Notes under the pieces: model-generated
The model's database searches: none
What the model was told of the DNA's origin: nothing
What the model saw: only the letters and a program-made list of their open reading frames with translations
Translations under genes and position numbers: made by a program
IMG/VR virus record: IMGVR_UViG_3300020200_001050
Coordinates: 2,381 to 66,380 of that record
Source: a virus
Length of the DNA stretch: 64,000 nucleotides
Direction: 5' to 3' (one strand)
In this document: positions 36,661-46,998 of the stretch, piece by piece
Position numbering within the stretch: the first letter of the stretch is position 1
Layout of the letters: every line of letters starts with the position of its first letter

Positions 36661-37227
36661 TTATTTTATCTTAAAGGTTTTAATTCGCTCAATCTTTTTG
36701 AATAACTTCTGCTGTTTCTTTCGTGCCATTTGAAGTGTCAAAGGTCCTACTAATTCAGTATACAGAATACCATTCATGTGATCCAATTCATGTTGAAAAC
36801 AGCGAGCGGTAATGCCAGAAAATTCTTGTTGTTGCAACTGCCCTGATGCATCATAATATTTCACAGAAATCTGTGCTGGTCGATAAACACGCAACCACAA
36901 TCCTGGAAACGATAAACACCCTTCGCTATCATGAGTCATTAAGTCTGATGTTGACACAATGCGCGGATTAAAACAAACAATATCACCTTCCAGCACAAAC
37001 ACACGATACTGTAGACCAACTTGATTCGCCGCTAATCCCAATCCATGATAATGCTTCATGGTCACTTGAAGGTGTTTGGCAAGTATCTGCGGATTTACTG
37101 GTGGAGCAGAAAAATCAAATATCGGCAATTTCATTTTTAACAGTGGATTCTTTTCATTGTACAACAGCAACGGTTTGAATTCTGTGAGCGTATCAGCCGT
37201 TGTATTAAAGGTCAACACTTCACTCAT
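36661..37227 (-). CDS. def: Peptide deformylase
   Basis: GLGLAANQ, EGCLS, QHELDH. Confidence 0.96.
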   Translation of the reverse strand: MSEVLTFNTTADTLTEFKPLLLYNEKNPLLKMKLPIFDFSAPPVNPQILAKHLQVTMKHYHGLGLAANQVGLQYRVFVLEGDIVCFNPRIVSTSDLMTHDSEGCLSFPGLWLRVYRPAQISVKYYDASGQLQQQEFSGITARCFQHELDHMNGILYTELVGPLTLQMARKKQQKLFKKIERIKTFKIK

Positions 37228-38936
37228 GTCACCACCTGTGAGAAGTTATGAAGTTTACGAAATCGAATGACATGTTGAAACTTATCCTGCAACACATCCC
37301 CTCGATGAGAAATTACAAACACATTAGTACCCTCTAAGACGGCTAAAATCTTAAGAAGTTCTTCTGCACCAGTCGTATCCAATGACGAATCAAAGACTTC
37401 ATCCAAAATCAATAAATTGGTATTCATAGAGTTTTTGAGTTTGGCAACTGCTCGCCATGTCAACATCAATGCCATGTCAATGCGTTGCTTCTCACCTTCA
37501 CTAAACGAAGCATATTGAAATTCGTCTCGATATCGCGATTTAATCGTTTCCGTAAAAGATTCATCCAACATAAAATTCACAGAAAAATCCAGTGCTAAAA
37601 GATATTTATTAACAAGTGTGTTAATTACTGGTAAGTATTGCTGAACAATTTTGGTTTTAATTCCTGTATCTTTCAATAACAACGCAGCCGCATCACAATA
37701 TTGCTTGTCAGTCAGTAATACTTGACGAGCCGCTGTTAAGTCCACCACAGACTGTTCATAGATGCGTAGTTGTTGTGTTTCGTTAGCTGATGAATTTTGT
37801 GTGGATTCCAACGTGGTCAATTTCGTATCAATGCCACGAATCCACTGTTGAATCTGTTCAATTGATTGTTTCCAAGATGCCATATCAGATTCTAGTGATC
37901 GCACCGTCTGTTCTACCCCCTCAACATGCGCCAGCTGATCTTTTAGCGCGGCAACTTTATGTTCCAGTTTCTGAATACCATCGCACGATTCAGCCGTCTT
38001 TTTTCGAAGACTAATGATTTGTTCATCACGAAAAGCTCGTTCAATTTTCTGTTCACATGTCGGGCAGTTTTCGTGTTCTTCAAAAAAGGTCAAGGACTTG
38101 TGTTGTTTACCAAGCGTGTGTCTGATCTGGGCTTCAAGTTTCATTAGTTTGGTTAATTTCGTTTGCAAATCCCGTTTGTCGTCTAGCGATGCAATCACTT
38201 CACCAAGACGTTCAGCGGTGGTTTGAATTGATTGTTCAAACTTGGCGATTTGCGCGAGATGGTCGGTGCGTTCATGGCGCAACGATTCCGCAATACGTTC
38301 TTGATTTTCTGATAATGTCGCAACATGTTTCTTTTGTAACTCCACCTTTTCTTGTGATGATTCTAATATTAACTTATTTGTCATCAATGATTCTTTATTA
38401 GTCGCGAATTGTTCTTTCAATAACGAATTCATAGTGGAGAAAATCTGAATATCTAATAAATCTTCAATAATGGCACGTCGCTCCGAACTAGACAATTGCA
38501 TAAAAGGAGTGAATGAGGCGGACCCCAAGACGGCGATTTGTGTAAAAGATTTATAGTTCATTTTCAGAATTGTGGTTTCAAGATACTCTTGATAATCCCG
38601 CGATTCTGCATCCTGATTGATTAATACGCCATCTTGATAAATTTCAAAGATGTTTGGTCTAATTCCGCGCACAATACGATAGGCAATATTGTCAATCGTC
38701 AGTGCAACTTCAACAATACAGTCACGACCATTAATGGAATTGACGAGACTGGGTTTATTGATCTTTCGAAACGGGCGATTGAATAACCCAAAGCAAATTC
38801 CATCTAAGAGCGTTGATTTGCCCGATCCGTTTTCACCAACAACCAGCGTATGATTATGTGCGGTTAGCGGAATTTCAGTAAACGCATTTCCCGTAGAGAG
38901 AAGATTGCGCCACTTGACAGATTGGAGTGTAATCAT
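37224..38936 (-). CDS. gp46: SbcC/Rad50-like recombination ATPase
   Basis: GENGSGKS, CPTC hook, FSEGE, LILDE. Confidence 0.96.
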   Translation of the reverse strand: MITLQSVKWRNLLSTGNAFTEIPLTAHNHTLVVGENGSGKSTLLDGICFGLFNRPFRKINKPSLVNSINGRDCIVEVALTIDNIAYRIVRGIRPNIFEIYQDGVLINQDAESRDYQEYLETTILKMNYKSFTQIAVLGSASFTPFMQLSSSERRAIIEDLLDIQIFSTMNSLLKEQFATNKESLMTNKLILESSQEKVELQKKHVATLSENQERIAESLRHERTDHLAQIAKFEQSIQTTAERLGEVIASLDDKRDLQTKLTKLMKLEAQIRHTLGKQHKSLTFFEEHENCPTCEQKIERAFRDEQIISLRKKTAESCDGIQKLEHKVAALKDQLAHVEGVEQTVRSLESDMASWKQSIEQIQQWIRGIDTKLTTLESTQNSSANETQQLRIYEQSVVDLTAARQVLLTDKQYCDAAALLLKDTGIKTKIVQQYLPVINTLVNKYLLALDFSVNFMLDESFTETIKSRYRDEFQYASFSEGEKQRIDMALMLTWRAVAKLKNSMNTNLLILDEVFDSSLDTTGAEELLKILAVLEGTNVFVISHRGDVLQDKFQHVIRFRKLHNFSQVVT

Positions 38937-40012
38937 ACTGAACGTTCCGAGGCGAGGGCGTCCTGATAGAGATTGTGCATAAACTCTTTTAATTGTTTAG
39001 GATCTACATCCATTTTCAATCCATCAATATATTTACTGAGAATTGTCATCGTATCTTCTGCTTGATCAATTATGGCGTCTTCAATCTGGTCAGACACGGG
39101 TAAATAGTTTTCCACAATTGACACATCAAGTGGGCTAGACGCATAGAGTTTATCCAAGATGGAATCAAACAAATATGGATTGGTTTTTTGTTTGACAACT
39201 ACTTTGACACAAGTCTCTTTGTACATTGAGAAATCACACGCATTCCATGTGTCAAACGTTTGAGTGGTATCATCGTACAAAAGTTTATAGAACATTTTAT
39301 ATGGATTCGGAACAAAAGTCAAAGTTCGTGTGTCTGTATCAAAGATATGAAACCCACGAGGATCGTTATAATCTGCCCATGTAATTTCATACGTATTGCC
39401 TAGATAGTGAATCGGACCTTTTGTAGATCGATGATGAAAATGCCCTGAGAGTACGAGTTCAAATCGATTAAACAAATCCGCAGACAATCCATCAAGACAC
39501 ATCAACCCTTTGTCCATTTCAAATCCGGCAATCTCTAAGTGACCCATGACTAAGGATACCGGAGCTTCACGAATTAATTTTAACGAGCGGTCACGATTCT
39601 CGTCACAAATCCACGGCAAAAATAATATTTCTACGCCATCAAAACTAACTACAGCAGGATCCACATAAATCCACGGCTCATGCAATCCATCATAGGTGCC
39701 ACAGAGATTTTGAATAGAATTAATACGATTTGTGTTTTTGTGGAAACAGTCATGATTTCCAATGATAATATGTGTGTCAATACCCTCGTCATAGAGGCGT
39801 TTGATAAACCGTGTTTGAAACTCATTCGCAATATAATGATTGATGAACTTGCGTCGGTCCATCACATCTCCAAGATGCACTACAGTTTTAATCTGGTGCG
39901 CACTCAAATAGGGGAAAAAGGTGTCTTCCCAAAACTTAAAGAAGAACGCATTAAACTGGGGAGAATCTGAACGAGCACCAAAATGAGTGTCCGTCACAAG
40001 AGCCAGTTTCAT
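38933..40012 (-). CDS. gp47: SbcD/Mre11-like nuclease
   Basis: DTHFG, LGD, GNHD, SGHFH. Confidence 0.96.
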   Translation of the reverse strand: MKLALVTDTHFGARSDSPQFNAFFFKFWEDTFFPYLSAHQIKTVVHLGDVMDRRKFINHYIANEFQTRFIKRLYDEGIDTHIIIGNHDCFHKNTNRINSIQNLCGTYDGLHEPWIYVDPAVVSFDGVEILFLPWICDENRDRSLKLIREAPVSLVMGHLEIAGFEMDKGLMCLDGLSADLFNRFELVLSGHFHHRSTKGPIHYLGNTYEITWADYNDPRGFHIFDTDTRTLTFVPNPYKMFYKLLYDDTTQTFDTWNACDFSMYKETCVKVVVKQKTNPYLFDSILDKLYASSPLDVSIVENYLPVSDQIEDAIIDQAEDTMTILSKYIDGLKMDVDPKQLKEFMHNLYQDALASERSV

Positions 40013-40530
40013 TCGTCCTCCACAAATAATTCTAATCCTCGCTTTTTGGACTTCTTAGCTTCAATTTTCCTTTCAAAGGTATCAATATATTCGGCTATGT
40101 TGGTGTACAACTCACCTTGATTTGAGGGTGTTTTGTCTTCTGACTGATTAAACTCTTGCGTCACGATGAGTTTTTCTGCCAGTTTATACTTTAAATAAAG
40201 TTGCTTCTTTTCGCGTTGAATACGCCGTAAAAACGCATAGTAAATAATTTGAGTGAAATATGAAAAAGGATTACTGGATTTTTTCATATCAAAGTTATCA
40301 ACATACAACACACAATTTTCTACTGCATCCATAACCATTTCTTCGCGAAACGTGTACGAGTAGAAATTGGGTTTGCGTGATAGTCGATCTGCGATTTTCA
40401 AAAAACAAGCTCCGATATAATCGGGAAGAACAGGACGTTCTTGATGAAGACGTTTGGCGCGGCGAACCGCCTTTTGATATTGAAGTAAAGCCTCAAATAA
40501 AGTGATATTTGAAATATAATGTTCACTCAT
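40009..40530 (-). CDS. gp55: Late-transcription sigma factor
   Basis: HYISN, PNFYSY, NPFSYFTQI..AFLRRI. Confidence 0.95.
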   Translation of the reverse strand: MSEHYISNITLFEALLQYQKAVRRAKRLHQERPVLPDYIGACFLKIADRLSRKPNFYSYTFREEMVMDAVENCVLYVDNFDMKKSSNPFSYFTQIIYYAFLRRIQREKKQLYLKYKLAEKLIVTQEFNQSEDKTPSNQGELYTNIAEYIDTFERKIEAKKSKKRGLELFVEDE

Positions 40531-40538
40531 ACATCATA

Positions 40539-41042
40539 TTAATGAAACGTAGGAGTATTGTCATCATTTTCTTCGTCTTCATCTTCATCTTCATCTTTAT
40601 TGCGACAAGCTTGACGAGAATTGTGATCAGAAAAATTAATATTAGATGACTTATTTATCATATCTCGAAACATTGATTCAATCGTTGGTGAGTTGTATTT
40701 AAGATTCAACAACTGTTTACGAAAAATACTATCCAAGTTGATCAATCGCATATAAAAATCATCACTGATACGATAATAATAATCAATAAATTCTTTTTTG
40801 GGTGTCATAATACAAACTACTTGTGATTTCGAAATCACTGTTGTGTGTTCGTCGAGCAATTCATCAAGTAACCAAGGCACGATCAACAATCCCACTTGAT
40901 TCTCAGCGTTCAAACGACGAAAAATCACCTTGAAAGGATTGATCACTTGATACTCAGTTTTTATTTCTGAGATAAGTCCAATAATATCTTCACCGGTGGT
41001 GAGTCGTAATATTGCGACAAAAGATGCAGATGTAGATATCAT
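40539..41042 (-). CDS. Sm-like hypothetical protein
   Basis: LRLTTGEDII...NP...PW; acidic tail ending TFH. Confidence 0.65.
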   Translation of the reverse strand: MISTSASFVAILRLTTGEDIIGLISEIKTEYQVINPFKVIFRRLNAENQVGLLIVPWLLDELLDEHTTVISKSQVVCIMTPKKEFIDYYYRISDDFYMRLINLDSIFRKQLLNLKYNSPTIESMFRDMINKSSNINFSDHNSRQACRNKDEDEDEDEENDDNTPTFH

Positions 41043-42508
41043 GTGCTTAAATCAATGTAATATTGTTGATAGGAAAATTGTTCGTCATCATAAATCTTCA
41101 GACGCTCTACATAATGTTCGAGCAAATAATTCATTGTCTTACCAGTTCGTAGATCATCAGCAATATCAAATAACGTCATCAAATTTTTTTCATCCGTTCT
41201 TCGAAGACCACGACCTATTGACTGAAGCACACGAATACGTGACTTTGATGGTGAGGCAAATATGATATTGTGTAGATTGGGAATATTAACACCAATACTG
41301 AATGTACCAGCCGATCCCAATACTATAGCATGAGACGATTGATCAATACATCGTCTAATACGTTCACGTTCATCGGTTTCCACGCCTCCATGAACATACA
41401 TCACCTCGCGTTTAGGTGACAAATCACGAATAAGATTATATAATAATTCTCCGTGCTTGTCAATAAATTGAAAAAGAATTAATGTATTGCCCATCAATGA
41501 TAACGCAAGATTGGCAACAAATCGATTACGTTTGGGGTGTTGTACGACAAAATCCAATTCCTCTTGATAGGTAGAAGATTTTAATTGCTGACATGTGTTG
41601 ACATCATATTTAAGAATCAAAGCTTTGATGTTGATATTTGCTAATGTATCGCGTTCCATCAAGTCTTTGGTTTTGGTTGCTTCATACACGGGTCCAAATG
41701 CGCCCTCTAACACCAATCGATTAGTCTTAGTGCCATCTAATGTGCCAGTGGTGCCAATACGAAAGAGTGTCCGAGTCAATTTAGTCATAATACTTTGCAA
41801 CGATTTAGCTTTGAACAGATGACACTCATCTCCCAATACAACATCGAATTGTTCAAAGTATGACGCAGGAAATTCATAAATGGATTGCCAGGTGGTAATC
41901 GTTACAGGCTTCTGTGTTGTTTTTTCTTTACCCGCATATTGTTTATGGACAAATTGATTTACATCCCATCCATATAATTGAAAATCAGACGTTAGTTGTT
42001 CAACAAGATTAGTTGTGGGAACCACCACAAGAATGTGATGTAAATCACGAAAAAGAAAATACCGAATCAAACAATATAAAATGAGAGATTTACCTGAGCC
42101 TGTTGGTGATACAATTAATTGACGACGATTGCGGACTGCTTGAACAAGCGTATTAAATTGATAGTCACGAAGTTGAAATTGTTCGGGAAGCGATAGTGAC
42201 TGAATAAAGGTATGCGCTTCTTGTTCAGACCAATTTTCAGTCAGAACCACTAACGTATCTAGATGATACGTATAGTTGCGATCATGACAAAACTTTTCAA
42301 CATAAGGGACTAGCCCATGATAAAGCAGATTACTTCGAGTGTCAAAGAGTCGAATTTTGCCATCCCAAAGCTTTCGTCGAAATTGTGGAGTGAACTGAAA
42401 TCCTGGCACCCAAAAAGAGAAATATTCATGCAGTTCTTGTGCAATCCCACTATCACACTGTATTTTGATATAGACTTCGCTATGTTTTGTGATCACAAGA
42501 TCCATCAT
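41039..42508 (-). CDS. uvsW: SF2 helicase UvsW
   Basis: WDGKIRLF, SPTGSGKS, DECH, QSIGRGLR. Confidence 0.96.
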   Translation of the reverse strand: MMDLVITKHSEVYIKIQCDSGIAQELHEYFSFWVPGFQFTPQFRRKLWDGKIRLFDTRSNLLYHGLVPYVEKFCHDRNYTYHLDTLVVLTENWSEQEAHTFIQSLSLPEQFQLRDYQFNTLVQAVRNRRQLIVSPTGSGKSLILYCLIRYFLFRDLHHILVVVPTTNLVEQLTSDFQLYGWDVNQFVHKQYAGKEKTTQKPVTITTWQSIYEFPASYFEQFDVVLGDECHLFKAKSLQSIMTKLTRTLFRIGTTGTLDGTKTNRLVLEGAFGPVYEATKTKDLMERDTLANINIKALILKYDVNTCQQLKSSTYQEELDFVVQHPKRNRFVANLALSLMGNTLILFQFIDKHGELLYNLIRDLSPKREVMYVHGGVETDERERIRRCIDQSSHAIVLGSAGTFSIGVNIPNLHNIIFASPSKSRIRVLQSIGRGLRRTDEKNLMTLFDIADDLRTGKTMNYLLEHYVERLKIYDDEQFSYQQYYIDLST

Positions 42509-42541
42509 AAATACTCCATATCAGTATTTAGTGAGTGAATC

Positions 42542-43009
42542 TTAGACGCCTTGAATAAAGCGTTGCCAGGTGATGAAGTCTTTAATTTGATACGTACGAG
42601 ATTGTAGTTCTTTAAGAATCGATTGACACACTTCCACAATTTCTTCATGTAAACTTTTTTGTGTCATCAAAAGTTGCAAATCTTTATCTGCTTCGAGATA
42701 AGAGGGAATTTCTGATTTTAGTGTGAACATAAATGGTTCCCATCCATACTTCTCTAGTGTTGCTTTGTCCCCATTTAGTTTACCGGTATAGTATTCCCAT
42801 TTGAGTTTACGAATACGATAATATTTTTGTTCAACCACTTTCATAGCTAAACGATGTTCAGAGAGAATCGTCAGATACTTACTGTGTAAAGTACCAATAC
42901 GAGCTAATTCTCGATCTGGTTGTGTTTGATCAAACACCACATCAATACCCCACATAGTCAAAAGTTCATGAACCGTTTCACGTGTAGTTACAGGAATTGG
43001 TGTTACCAT
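42542..43009 (-). CDS. uvsY: Recombination mediator UvsY
   Basis: LHSKYL, EYYTG, YLEAD, R.YQIK..I.W. Confidence 0.9.
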   Translation of the reverse strand: MVTPIPVTTRETVHELLTMWGIDVVFDQTQPDRELARIGTLHSKYLTILSEHRLAMKVVEQKYYRIRKLKWEYYTGKLNGDKATLEKYGWEPFMFTLKSEIPSYLEADKDLQLLMTQKSLHEEIVEVCQSILKELQSRTYQIKDFITWQRFIQGV

Positions 43010-43089
43010 AATGACTCCTCTTTATTAAGAGATCACAATACGCTTCAATCACATAATTGCTCATGTTGTCAACAACGACTCGTTCAGAA

Positions 43090-43118
43090 ACTATACTAAA
43101 TTATTTCTGATTTGTCAA
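43090..43118 (-). promoter_or_regulatory. Sigma70-type promoter opening the replication/recombination module
   Basis: TTGACA-N17-TATAGT. Confidence 0.75.
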
Positions 43119-43636
43119 ATTTTTTCGATATCAAAAAGAGAATAACTGAAGGTGGCGTCAGCAGTTAAAATGGTGTCAGCACCATTCACAGTAGTCATAG
43201 TAAAGGGAGCGAGCGTCATAGGAAATGCATCATGGAATTTGAATCGATAGTTGCCACGATTATTGGAATTCAACATAATTAAGGTTGCATCTGAAACTTG
43301 AGGTGTTACTGGATTGATGGATTTAGAAATTTTTCTTAAATTTTTATATTCTTCAAATTTGGTTGGAAATCCTAAAGCGCGCATCCAATCATGAATTTCT
43401 CGCCAGGAGGCTAAATCTTCGTCAACTAAAAATGTAATAGTCAAGGGATCATAAACGAGCTTTTCTCCAGGAACAGGATAATCTACAAATGGCGTGGTTC
43501 GTGGTACAGCACTCAGATTCATTCCTGGAAGATTCACCGTCTGACAGAAAAACTGCATGTTGGGAAGACGTATAAACGACAGGACGAATTTATTTGGAAC
43601 AAGAAAATTTGTATTTGATGGTTGTAATTGACCCAT
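43115..43636 (-). CDS. gp3: Tail tube terminator / completion protein
   Basis: NFL.P..F, FFCQ..NLPG, L.I.FLVDED, W.EI.DW. Confidence 0.88.
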   Translation of the reverse strand: MGQLQPSNTNFLVPNKFVLSFIRLPNMQFFCQTVNLPGMNLSAVPRTTPFVDYPVPGEKLVYDPLTITFLVDEDLASWREIHDWMRALGFPTKFEEYKNLRKISKSINPVTPQVSDATLIMLNSNNRGNYRFKFHDAFPMTLAPFTMTTVNGADTILTADATFSYSLFDIEKI

Positions 43637-43645
43637 AATATATTA

Positions 43646-43653
43646 TTTATATA
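43646..43653 (-). promoter_or_regulatory. T4-type late promoter TATAAATA
   Basis: Exact consensus upstream of gp3. Confidence 0.75.
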
Positions 43654-43659
43654 ATCTGG

Positions 43660-43698
43660 TATAAATGAAAAGGGGGACCCTTTCAAGTCCCCCTTTCC
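43660..43698 (-). terminator. Rho-independent terminator after gp23
   Basis: AAAGGGGGAC-TTGAAAGG-GTCCCCCTTT then TCATTTAT. Confidence 0.85.
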
Positions 43699-43718
43699 GA
43701 ACAATCATCTGTAATTGC

Positions 43719-45074
43719 TTACAGAATATTGCTCACCTTCATTGCACGATAGTACATATTAGCCTTGGCGGTTAGCGCGCCCAGACCCTGTGTCGTGCCC
43801 TCAGCAAACGGATTGGCAACAAGACCGTAGCGTGTCTTAAATCCAATCTTCGGCTGGAACGAACCTGTATCAATCGCACGAACCATCTGCAGTGGGACGT
43901 AGGGGCAATAGAAGATACCAGCGTCATAGGCATTGGTACCCTTATACCCAACCACCGCAAACTCTGAAGTGCTGGATGTTGGGAAGTACGGATCAATGTA
44001 GACCTTGATACGACCAAACATGGTACCAGCAAAGGTGTTGCCAGTATCATCCACACTCAGATTCACTTGATCTTTCAACGCACTGTTGTAATCAAGCAGC
44101 CCTGCCATCGCGAAGGCACTGGCGACATCGGATGAACAGATGACTACGTTGCCCTTGCCCCGACGAGTTTGCTTGGCAATTGTATTTGCTTCGCGCTCAA
44201 TCTGGAAAGCAAGACCCTTGATTTTTTCAACCATCCACCGACCGTTTGAATCGGTATCCAGGTCGAATGTGCCCGTTGTCGTGGTGCCACTCTGGCAACC
44301 AACTTTGGCACCAACATAGATGTTCCGCAGCACTTCACGGTTGATTTCCGCAAGGATTTCAGCCGAGAGGATGTTAGAGAGTTCACTCTCTGCATCCAGA
44401 CCATGCACTGCTTTCAGATCCTGAGCCAATTCCATCGTGTACTCAGCCTTGAGTGCGCGAGTCTTGGCGGTGACAGTGACTTTCTCGATGGAGAATGCCA
44501 TTTCACCAAATGCAGCACCAGCAGGAGATGTAGAAGTCCCCAATGCTTCACCCGCTGATGTTGTCAGACCAGTGCCTGTCGTCACGGATGTCGCGAACAC
44601 GTTTCCATTGCCCGTCGAAGTATTAGATGCGAGAGCAATGTCGGCATGTGTTCCTGTGCCACCGAAATCAGTATCCGCTTCGTTGTAGAAGGCTTCTGTT
44701 GCACCGGCTGTCACGTTAGCTGTCGTATACGTGGACCGCATCGCGAAGATGAGTCCAGTTGGACCCGACATTGGCTGAACACCACACACATCGTAGGCAA
44801 TGAGGTTCGGAAGCGAACGACGCACCAACGAAATGAGAATCGGATCAAACCCTGCCATTGGACCACCAGCAGCAGCCCCACCTGTCAATCCACCACCAGT
44901 GGCGTTAGCAGGAGACGCTTCGCTGAGGATCTGCGATTCCTTGCGAATCGCTGTTTCCTGGTTCTCCAGAATAACAGCAGTTACCGCACGGCGATACGGA
45001 TCCTTAATTTTGGGAAGATCTGGATGATCCAGAACTCCGCTCCACTTCTTCTCAAGATTCTCTGATAGAAACAT
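43719..45074 (-). CDS. gp23: Major capsid protein
   Basis: ILENQE, GVQPMSGPTGLIFAMR, ELAQDLKAVHG, FQPKIGFKTRYG. Confidence 0.99.
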   Translation of the reverse strand: MFLSENLEKKWSGVLDHPDLPKIKDPYRRAVTAVILENQETAIRKESQILSEASPANATGGGLTGGAAAGGPMAGFDPILISLVRRSLPNLIAYDVCGVQPMSGPTGLIFAMRSTYTTANVTAGATEAFYNEADTDFGGTGTHADIALASNTSTGNGNVFATSVTTGTGLTTSAGEALGTSTSPAGAAFGEMAFSIEKVTVTAKTRALKAEYTMELAQDLKAVHGLDAESELSNILSAEILAEINREVLRNIYVGAKVGCQSGTTTTGTFDLDTDSNGRWMVEKIKGLAFQIEREANTIAKQTRRGKGNVVICSSDVASAFAMAGLLDYNSALKDQVNLSVDDTGNTFAGTMFGRIKVYIDPYFPTSSTSEFAVVGYKGTNAYDAGIFYCPYVPLQMVRAIDTGSFQPKIGFKTRYGLVANPFAEGTTQGLGALTAKANMYYRAMKVSNIL

Positions 45075-45107
45075 GTGGTACTCCTTGGTTAAAATAAACT
45101 ATTGATG

Positions 45108-46310
45108 TTACTTCGGTAAAGTCTTCGAAATAGCCTGTACATATGCCCGCATCCGTGAATCAGTGATTTCAGGCTGTTCGGAAATATCTGCTTGTTCAGA
45201 CAACATTTCAGCTGAGGCTGTTTTTGTTGTCTTTGGGAAATAGTTATCACGGATGGTCTCAACTGTCTTCTGAAATTCACCGTCTGTGGTGTACTCGGCA
45301 CCCTCTACGAGCGACCGAATTTTTTCAGTTTGTGTCCGTGTGAGACCCTCACAGACTTTATTAATAATGTCTTGTTTCTTGGATTCTTGAAGTGATTTCT
45401 TCATCTCAATGTTCCGTGCGACGGTTTCATTGAGTTGTGTTTCCAATGACTCTACTTTTTCAACCAGTTCATTTACCAATTCAATCTTCTCTTCCGGAAC
45501 ATTAATATAATGCTCGGCAAAGAGATTGCGGAGTCCAGCGATAAACTCTTCTGTTAACTCCGAACGGATTCCATTCTCAATAGCGACTTGATTCTGTTCC
45601 ATCCATTCTTCTACTGCATAATTGAGGAATCCATCGATCTTTTCTACCAACTGAGCTTCAAGCTGCTGAACAGCTTCAGTCAACTCTGACGCATACTTGG
45701 CTTCCAACTTTTCCTCAATCTTCTTAACTTTATGCTGAACCTTATCGTTCACACGAGTTTCATAAATCATGGCAATTTTAGAACGGAAATTTTCAGATAG
45801 ATTCTTTTCAGAAGACAGAATAGCTTTTACATCTTCCTTCATAGCTTCTTTTTCTTCCTTCTCTTCCTTCTCTTTCTTCTTGTCTTCGTCTTCTTCCTCG
45901 TTCTTGTCCTTGCCGTTGCCGTTCTTACCGTTCTTGCCGTTCTTCTCGTCTTCTTCATTCACTTCCTTTTTCTTCTCATCCTTTTCGTCGTCGTCATGTT
46001 CGTCATCATGTTCTTCGTCGTCATGATCGTCGTCGTCATGATCGTCGTCATGATTATTTTCTTTAACGACATCCACTTCACCCTTAACCTTTTCCATTGG
46101 CATAGCTCCAACAGAGGCAGGTTTACCAGGCGCAGTAGCTTTCTTGACATTTTTCGCTGATCCGTCACCTTCGCGACGGACAGGATCAGTAGGTGTCACC
46201 CCACCCAAATCCTCAACTTCACCCTTTACCTTTTCCAAGGGATCACTGGGTGCAGCGGCTTTACTACGACTTAAAATATCTGCGGCAGCTTCCATTAAAT
46301 TTTTCGACAT
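45108..46310 (-). CDS. gp22: Prohead core scaffold protein
   Basis: LSENF..K...IYE, DGFLNY..EEW, LFAEHYI.VPEEK; position before gp23. Confidence 0.93.
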   Translation of the reverse strand: MSKNLMEAAADILSRSKAAAPSDPLEKVKGEVEDLGGVTPTDPVRREGDGSAKNVKKATAPGKPASVGAMPMEKVKGEVDVVKENNHDDDHDDDDHDDEEHDDEHDDDEKDEKKKEVNEEDEKNGKNGKNGNGKDKNEEEDEDKKKEKEEKEEKEAMKEDVKAILSSEKNLSENFRSKIAMIYETRVNDKVQHKVKKIEEKLEAKYASELTEAVQQLEAQLVEKIDGFLNYAVEEWMEQNQVAIENGIRSELTEEFIAGLRNLFAEHYINVPEEKIELVNELVEKVESLETQLNETVARNIEMKKSLQESKKQDIINKVCEGLTRTQTEKIRSLVEGAEYTTDGEFQKTVETIRDNYFPKTTKTASAEMLSEQADISEQPEITDSRMRAYVQAISKTLPK

Positions 46311-46334
46311 ATGAATCTCCTCTGTTGGTATTAC

Positions 46335-46342
46335 TATTTATA
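46335..46342 (-). promoter_or_regulatory. T4-type late promoter TATAAATA
   Basis: Exact consensus upstream of gp22. Confidence 0.75.
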
Positions 46343-46344
46343 AT

Positions 46345-46989
46345 TTATAAGTTTTTCAAAAACGACTCAAACAGTTCTGCAGCGACTCGTTCTACGTCTT
46401 TTCGTGATGCCTTTTTGATTGTTTTCTGAACATGCTCAATCTGTTGTTCCATGAACTTTCCATCAATATAAATCCATTCACGCGCCTCCATAATACCCGA
46501 CACCCAAGCATCAGGGGCTGAGGGGTCTGCAACAATATCCACGGTGGACAATTTGAAATCTTCCTGTACTCGATTGATTCCATCAATCGATTGTAAGGAT
46601 CCCACTCCACGTGACGAGACGCCCAGCTTGATACCTTCATTAATGAAACTTTTCGTAATTTCGCCATTTGGAGTTGGTAGAATTTTCGCTTTTCCGTAGA
46701 TATTATTCCCATCAAAGTGTAACTCAGTAATAAGATGAGAAACTTTATCAAGATTGATGGTGGGAGTGTCTGGATGTCCTAGTTCACCCAATGATCGTTT
46801 TTCACTAATTGTTTGCTGATAACGATTTAATTCATTTTCTAGAATCTGTTTAGGGTAAACTCGTCCATTGCGGTTTTTTGCTTCCGCTTGCATAAAGACG
46901 CCCTTGATATAATAATTCTTATTGCCTGTATCAGACTTTTCCACCAAAACTTCTGTGTCGGAACCTGAAAATTCTTTGAGTAGTTTCAT
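46345..46989 (-). CDS. gp21: Prohead protease
   Basis: NRNGRVYP, LGELGHP, GVSSRGVGS, DIVADPSAP. Confidence 0.97.
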   Translation of the reverse strand: MKLLKEFSGSDTEVLVEKSDTGNKNYYIKGVFMQAEAKNRNGRVYPKQILENELNRYQQTISEKRSLGELGHPDTPTINLDKVSHLITELHFDGNNIYGKAKILPTPNGEITKSFINEGIKLGVSSRGVGSLQSIDGINRVQEDFKLSTVDIVADPSAPDAWVSGIMEAREWIYIDGKFMEQQIEHVQKTIKKASRKDVERVAAELFESFLKNL

Positions 46990-46998
46990 GGATAACCT

